A DNA stretch of 64,000 nt from an uncultured archaeon. GTDB taxonomy: Archaea; Asgardarchaeota; Lokiarchaeia; Sigyniarchaeales; SOKP01. A program made the translations under genes and the position numbers. Below the pieces are notes generated by a model. The model did not search any database. It saw nothing but the letters and a program-made list of their open reading frames with translations, and was not told where the DNA came from. The stretch is from contig CAZOYD010000009.1 of NCBI GenBank assembly GCA_964583985.1, positions 12,272 through 76,271 of the forward strand, read 5' to 3'. This document shows, piece after piece, positions 58,818-64,000 of the stretch (position 1 is the first letter of the stretch; each line of letters begins with the position of its first letter).

Positions 58818-59900
58818 TTAATGCCTTTTAAATTTCATGTTTTTTTCAAAAAAACCAGTGTTAATTATTTTTCTCTTCTCATCAGTTAAATGAGTAAGAA
58901 CTCTAAATTTATTTCCAAACTTTTCCCCATTTCTTGTTTCTTGCTGGTAATTCAATAATCTTTTCTTGGTAAGATATATCGAGAATTTTGAAACATCGCA
59001 TCCAATCCATCTCCGATTCAACTTTTCTGCTGTTAAAAGAGTTGTTCCAGAACCACAAAAAAAATCGGCAACCAAATCTCCTTCATTACTCCCTAAAAGA
59101 AGAATTCTTTCTAATAATTCATGATGTTTTTGAGTAGGAAATCCAGTCCATTCTTTTGAGGCGGGTTGCATGCAAGGAATCTTCCATACATCATCCAATT
59201 TCTTATCTGATACGGATCTATAAATTACATGTCCATCTTTATCCTTAGCATTCTTTAATACACCATCAACTATGACTCTCTTTAATTGCTTGATTGGTTT
59301 ATCACGAGGTAGTCTTAATTCATTGAGTGAATAGTTTTTCGTTTTCGAATATAACAAGATATCATCATGAGCTCTTGGTAAAGTTTGTTTTCCCGCAGAA
59401 TATTTGTTATAATAGTACCAAACTATGCTATTAACAAAACGTTTTTCTCCAAAAATTTCATCCAATAGTACTCTAATGTAGTGACTGACGTGCCAATCAA
59501 GGTGCACGAATAATAAGCCCTTATCAGATAATAATTCTTTAAAAAGCACTAATCTCTCGTAAAGCATCTGCAAATAAGAATCTAAATCTTTATTCCAATG
59601 ATCATAATATGCAATGGAATCATACTCCTCTCCATCATGCTCAATCTTCATACTATAATTAGTACCAGAAAAGAACGGTGGATCTATATATATTAAATCT
59701 ATTTTTTTTTTTAAGTTGAGAATGAGATAATTAAGAACATGCAAGTTATCACCCCAAAATAACAAATTATAGGTATTTATTTCCGTTTCAGGTACAATTT
59801 GATCCTTTTGGAGCTTAATTTCAGTAAAAAAAACATCATAGTTTGGTGGAGTTTCGAATTTAGCATTTCTCTTAGTACCATTCCACTCTAACTTTACCAT
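58818..59900 (-). CDS. Orphan beta-class N6-adenine DNA methyltransferase (Mod-like)
   Basis: IYIDPPF precedes DFFCGSGTT; FPTQK; no restriction subunit adjacent. Confidence 0.88.
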   Translation of the reverse strand: MVKLEWNGTKRNAKFETPPNYDVFFTEIKLQKDQIVPETEINTYNLLFWGDNLHVLNYLILNLKKKIDLIYIDPPFFSGTNYSMKIEHDGEEYDSIAYYDHWNKDLDSYLQMLYERLVLFKELLSDKGLLFVHLDWHVSHYIRVLLDEIFGEKRFVNSIVWYYYNKYSAGKQTLPRAHDDILLYSKTKNYSLNELRLPRDKPIKQLKRVIVDGVLKNAKDKDGHVIYRSVSDKKLDDVWKIPCMQPASKEWTGFPTQKHHELLERILLLGSNEGDLVADFFCGSGTTLLTAEKLNRRWIGCDVSKFSIYLTKKRLLNYQQETRNGEKFGNKFRVLTHLTDEKRKIINTGFFEKNMKFKRH

Positions 59901-59929
59901 GATAAATTCGATATTTATATTTCAAGACA

Positions 59930-61198
59930 TTAAAAAGGGAGATTGAATATTATAATTGTAAAATAGGTTAATATCATTAATAAGGTTATTGTGATGAAAA
60001 TATATAAGATAAGGTGAAATAAATAAACCTTCTTATTTTTATCCGAGCGTAATGCCCTTGTAGAATAAAAAATCTTATTTAAAATGGCCGCTGATAACCC
60101 AATTGTCAACATTATTAATGCACTCCCTTCATTTATTAAATGCGACTGGAAAGATGTTACAACAAATAATGAAGATGCTCCACCGGATAATAATCCTATC
60201 ATAAACACGACAATATAATAAACAAATACATCGAAATCCACTAAACCTAAAAAAATTGATAGTATAATTGCTAGCATATAAGTACCGGCAAAAGCTATTG
60301 CTCCTTTTAATGATAATGGATTTTTAACTTTTGCCAGTTCAATTTTCCGCTCCTTTTTTCTAAGAATTAAAAAGGATCCTAATAAACCAATACTCGATGT
60401 TATCAAAATTGGATATATCGCATAAATCATTAAAGTGGGTGTGATTGTTATTATAATTAACATTCTTATCAACATTGTTTGAATTACCAACCAAACGGAT
60501 GAAGATGATGCCCCTGCTTCAGCTAATTCCAATGTTGTTGCTTCACTATGAGCAAATCCCCCTAAAAGAGAGATGTAATATACGTTTTTTTCAATTGAAC
60601 TCCTAAGTATGAAGTAGCTGAAATATTTAACAACTAAAATTGTTATAAATATGATGATAATTGGCTTGATTTGAATGCCAAATAGTAAATAATCATTTGG
60701 GATTAAAATATACAGTAACACAACTATTGCTATAAATTCTATCGTCCCTGTCCATTCAATATCTTTCATGCTCTTGATTTTGTAAAATTGTTTTTTCGTT
60801 GAAAGGATGATTAAAAAAATAACAGAGATCGCAATCGCTAAGGTTTCCGTATAATATGTTAATATCCCTACAATTATCGCTAAAAGCATGGATAAAGTTG
60901 AAGTATAACCAGCATGATTCTCCCGAAATAATCTGTATATGCTACCAATTAGTAAAAACAACAGCATGCCAGCAAAAAATATGATAATTAGAATAAATCC
61001 TTCAGATGTTGTTAAAAATCTCTCATGCAATAAGATTAAAGTTGTGCTGATCATCGAAAAGAAGATATGATCACGTGCACCATATTGTGCACTTACTCTC
61101 GTACGCTCTATTCCGATAATAAAGCCACAGAAAAAAGAAATAAGGATCTTTATAAATAAGAGATAAAAATCTTCCAATGTAAGCACTTGCTGGATCAT
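59930..61198 (-). CDS. MgtC/SapB-DUF4010 membrane protein
   Basis: GFIIGIER...GARDH, GYTS, LGGFAHS; multi-TM. Confidence 0.8.
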   Translation of the reverse strand: MIQQVLTLEDFYLLFIKILISFFCGFIIGIERTRVSAQYGARDHIFFSMISTTLILLHERFLTTSEGFILIIIFFAGMLLFLLIGSIYRLFRENHAGYTSTLSMLLAIIVGILTYYTETLAIAISVIFLIILSTKKQFYKIKSMKDIEWTGTIEFIAIVVLLYILIPNDYLLFGIQIKPIIIIFITILVVKYFSYFILRSSIEKNVYYISLLGGFAHSEATTLELAEAGASSSSVWLVIQTMLIRMLIIITITPTLMIYAIYPILITSSIGLLGSFLILRKKERKIELAKVKNPLSLKGAIAFAGTYMLAIILSIFLGLVDFDVFVYYIVVFMIGLLSGGASSLFVVTSFQSHLINEGSALIMLTIGLSAAILNKIFYSTRALRSDKNKKVYLFHLILYIFITITLLMILTYFTIIIFNLPF

Positions 61199-61269
61199 GA
61201 TAAGTTTTATCTGTATAATTGAAAAAATAAAAATTAATTAAAAAACCTCTTAAAATAAATCCTTTAGGA

Positions 61270-62013
61270 TTAATCATTCAAGTTTCGATCTAATATATCT
61301 TCTAATTCTTTATCACTGAGGAAGCCCTTGTGTACCATTGTATCCTTAATCTCCTCGACAATTTTAGGGTAAGTTTTTGATTCTTCAATGAAATCCTCAA
61401 GAGACTTAACTTTTTGGTTCAAGGACTCCGTTTCTTTTGATTGAACATCCAATTGACTTTTTAATTCTAAAACTTCATTTTCTTTTTCAGCTATGGCTTT
61501 ATTCTTGTCATTTTTCAGGCTCTCAATTTCTATATATTTATCCGAAATTGTCTGTTGTAAATCTTTTTTGATGCTTTCTATTTCTCTATCTTTTTGTTCG
61601 AGATCTTCCTTAATATTGGTTAATTTTACCTCCGAATCACGAAATTTTGTCAAGTCTTTCTCAAAATTATTATTCTTATCATTTGCAACGGTTAATTTTT
61701 CCTCTAAATCCTTTTTTTCTGATTTAAGATTGGATATTTCCTTGTCCAAATTATCCTTTATTTCTTTTAAACTACTTTTTTCAATTTTAAGGTCAGAACA
61801 TTTTTCACTTTCTTCTAAAAGTTTGCTTTCAGAAGTTTCTAATTTGGCTTTAGTGTCAGATAATTCTTTAACTGTCTTGTTCAATTTATCCATTTGAATT
61901 TTAAGTTTCTGTTCTAAATCATTTATCTTAGATCTTAAATCTAGAAGAAATCGGCCTTCAACTTTTAAAGATTTTTCAGGTTTTGACTCTGCCAAACTCC
62001 AATCTATTGACAT
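61270..62013 (-). CDS. Head-rod-tail coiled-coil protein (paralogue A)
   Basis: KPEKSLKVEGRFLLDLR head, long heptad rod, MVHKGFLSDKEL tail. Confidence 0.75.
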   Translation of the reverse strand: MSIDWSLAESKPEKSLKVEGRFLLDLRSKINDLEQKLKIQMDKLNKTVKELSDTKAKLETSESKLLEESEKCSDLKIEKSSLKEIKDNLDKEISNLKSEKKDLEEKLTVANDKNNNFEKDLTKFRDSEVKLTNIKEDLEQKDREIESIKKDLQQTISDKYIEIESLKNDKNKAIAEKENEVLELKSQLDVQSKETESLNQKVKSLEDFIEESKTYPKIVEEIKDTMVHKGFLSDKELEDILDRNLND

Positions 62014-62144
62014 ATCGATTTTTCACCTTTAAGTTTATAATTCACTTTTTTAATAAATTGAATTTTTTATAGCATTTTATATTTATTAAGTTATTTTCTT
62101 TGATTTTTTAAACCCAAGAAATTAAGATTAATTCTCATGTTCTA

Positions 62145-62840
62145 TTATGACTCAAACTCTTTTTTTATATCGGATAGTTCTCGATCCGATATAAATCCTT
62201 TATGTACCATCATTTCATTAATTTTATTTAGTATTTGTGGCGTGGATTCAATTTCAGATAACTGTTTTTCAAGCGTTTTAACTTTGTCAACTAATTGCTG
62301 CGTTTCTTGTTGCGAAATGGTTAATTGTTCTTTTATAGATGTAATTTCTTTGTTCTTTTCGTCTAATTCTTTTTTATGAATGTCGGTTGATTTATTCTTA
62401 AAAGATAATTGTTGTTCAAAATCCCTATTTTTTTCATTTAAGAATTTTATCTCACCCTGTAATTCTGCGACTTTAGCGTTGAGTTCAGACAATTTCTGCT
62501 CAAAATCTGCTTTTATCTTGTTATTTTCAACTTGTAATTCAGTCAATTGTGGTTTTAATTTTGTTAATTCAATATCAACATTGAGTTTTTGTTCTGAAAC
62601 CAAATCCAAGCTCTTTTTTGATGCTGTAAATTTTTCATTCATTTTTACAAGGCTTTTTTCTCGACCTTGAAGTTTAGTGGATTTTTCTTTGAGTTCTTCC
62701 ATTATTTTTTTCAATTGTTCCGTTGTTTGAGCTAATTCCTTTTCTAATTCCATGGTTTTAGCACGCATATCTAATAATGCGTGCCCTTCAATGGGAAACT
62801 TTTTATCAGGTTTTTCTTCAATTTTATCGTATGGAATCAT
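62145..62840 (-). CDS. Head-rod-tail coiled-coil protein (paralogue B)
   Basis: KPDKKFPIEGHALLDMR head, heptad rod, MVHKGFISDREL tail. Confidence 0.75.
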   Translation of the reverse strand: MIPYDKIEEKPDKKFPIEGHALLDMRAKTMELEKELAQTTEQLKKIMEELKEKSTKLQGREKSLVKMNEKFTASKKSLDLVSEQKLNVDIELTKLKPQLTELQVENNKIKADFEQKLSELNAKVAELQGEIKFLNEKNRDFEQQLSFKNKSTDIHKKELDEKNKEITSIKEQLTISQQETQQLVDKVKTLEKQLSEIESTPQILNKINEMMVHKGFISDRELSDIKKEFES

Positions 62841-63022
62841 GTTAATCCGCCTGTTTATTTTGCAATTTAATAGGTAATTATATCGTTGCTGTATTTAGTA
62901 ATTATTTATTGATTCTATTTATTAATTTCTTCTATCTATATAAAAATTAGTACAAATTTATTATTTTATACATGACAAATTAAATCAAAATTACTGAGAT
63001 TACTTCATACATGTGATTGAAA

Positions 63023-63823
63023 ATGGTAGATATACATATTGGAACGGCAGGATGGGATTATAAGGATTGGATCGGCCCATTTTATCCCAAGAATCTTGAT
63101 AGAGGTAAATTCTTAGCATTCTATTCCAAATACTTTGATGTAAATGAAATAAATTCGACCTTTTATAACCTTCTTTCTGGGGAGACTTTTAAAAAATGGA
63201 TTAACAAGGTACCTTCAAATTTTCAATTTATCTTAAAGGTATGGAAAAAAATTACACATGAATTTGATAATCCAAGCTTAGAAGATGATATTTATACTTT
63301 TCAAAGTAATGTTAAACCTTTTGAAAACATGGTAAAAGGGTTTTTATTACAATTTCCTCCTTGGTTTAAGCATTCTGATAATCATTTCCAACATTTATCT
63401 TATATCGTCAGAAAATTTGCGAAAAATTACCGCATATTTATTGAATTAAGAAGTAATTCATGGTTTGAAGAACTTGATCTCGCAAAACTTATCGATGGTA
63501 AAAATATCATATTAGTAACGTCTTATCTTGAAAATTTGAAACCATTCTATTATCCCAAACAAGAAGTATACTACATTAGGCTAATTGGAGATAGAGAAAT
63601 TACTAAATTTGATCATCTCCAAAAATCTCAAGATATTTCCTTAAGTCATTTATATTTAAATATTAAAGAACTTCAGATTGTTCCAAATATTCGTGAAATA
63701 TTCATAATTGTGAATAACCACTTCTCAGGATTTGCTCCTGAAACCGTCAACCAACTAAAACGAGAACTTAATTTACCTTTCAAATATTTTGCAAAACAAA
63801 AAAAGTTAACCGAATATTTTTAA
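63023..63823 (+). CDS. DUF72 (YecE-like) protein
   Basis: IGTAGWDY.DW.G.FYP, EINSTFY, LQFPP, ELR, YIRLIG, NNH. Confidence 0.9.
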   Translation: MVDIHIGTAGWDYKDWIGPFYPKNLDRGKFLAFYSKYFDVNEINSTFYNLLSGETFKKWINKVPSNFQFILKVWKKITHEFDNPSLEDDIYTFQSNVKPFENMVKGFLLQFPPWFKHSDNHFQHLSYIVRKFAKNYRIFIELRSNSWFEELDLAKLIDGKNIILVTSYLENLKPFYYPKQEVYYIRLIGDREITKFDHLQKSQDISLSHLYLNIKELQIVPNIREIFIIVNNHFSGFAPETVNQLKRELNLPFKYFAKQKKLTEYF

Positions 63824-64000
63824 AGTTAAGATTTATTCATGAGGCCCTATATTATGAGAAAGTTTTCTAGTTTGAAGCGATTTCAGGGGGTATACATTCT
63901 TTCTTTGAAATAACTAAAAAAAACTGTGTAATATTCTCTTTTTAAATTCGAGTAATAAGTTCGCCTTTAATCAAAATATAGAAAGAAAAATAATTTGAAG

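Noticed and set aside
61270-62840. SMC/Rad50 annotation for the coiled-coil proteins
   Set aside because: No Walker motifs, hinge or Zn hook; far too short
1-64000. CRISPR arrays, rRNA, IS elements, selenoprotein UGA read-through; remaining short ORFs (60-134 aa) overlapping long genes
   Set aside because: No spaced repeat array, rRNA-like tract, transposase or convincing UGA-interrupted gene was seen; the short ORFs are antisense or frame shadows of well-supported genes

Overview
AT-rich archaeal chromosome segment, almost certainly from an Asgard archaeon of the Lokiarchaeia/Promethearchaeota type. The placement is inferred from a proteasome beta subunit, aCPSF1/FttA, a diphthamide-less EF-2 paralogue, BHB-intron tRNA, ITPK1-like kinases and PCI/UFL1-like winged-helix proteins. 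Left ~16 kb is accessory-looking. A Hel308/Ski2-like helicase with an inserted SWIM Zn finger (missed by the ORF track, runs off the window) lies divergent from a five-gene membrane cluster. That cluster encodes an HhH + restriction-endonuclease-like membrane protein, a 4-TM protein, a 2-TM protein, a 1263-aa VirB4/HerA-like protein with dead Walker motifs, and a HEPN (RxxxxH) protein. It is my best candidate for an undescribed system. A ThiF/GNAT/GNAT block follows. At 20-31 kb is an inositol-phosphate island: four ITPK1-like ATP-grasp kinases, a divergent MIPS, a GH38/57-like hydrolase, an MDR dehydrogenase and an MFS transporter. The rest is mostly housekeeping or metabolic, plus tRNA-Gly(CCC), a two-intron tRNA-Gln(CTG), two unexplained structured intergenic elements, a Zn-finger/winged-helix/adaptin-appendage protein and a tandem pair of head-rod-tail coiled-coil paralogues. 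No CRISPR array, rRNA, integrase or transposase was seen. All family calls are by motif recognition only; no database search was run.
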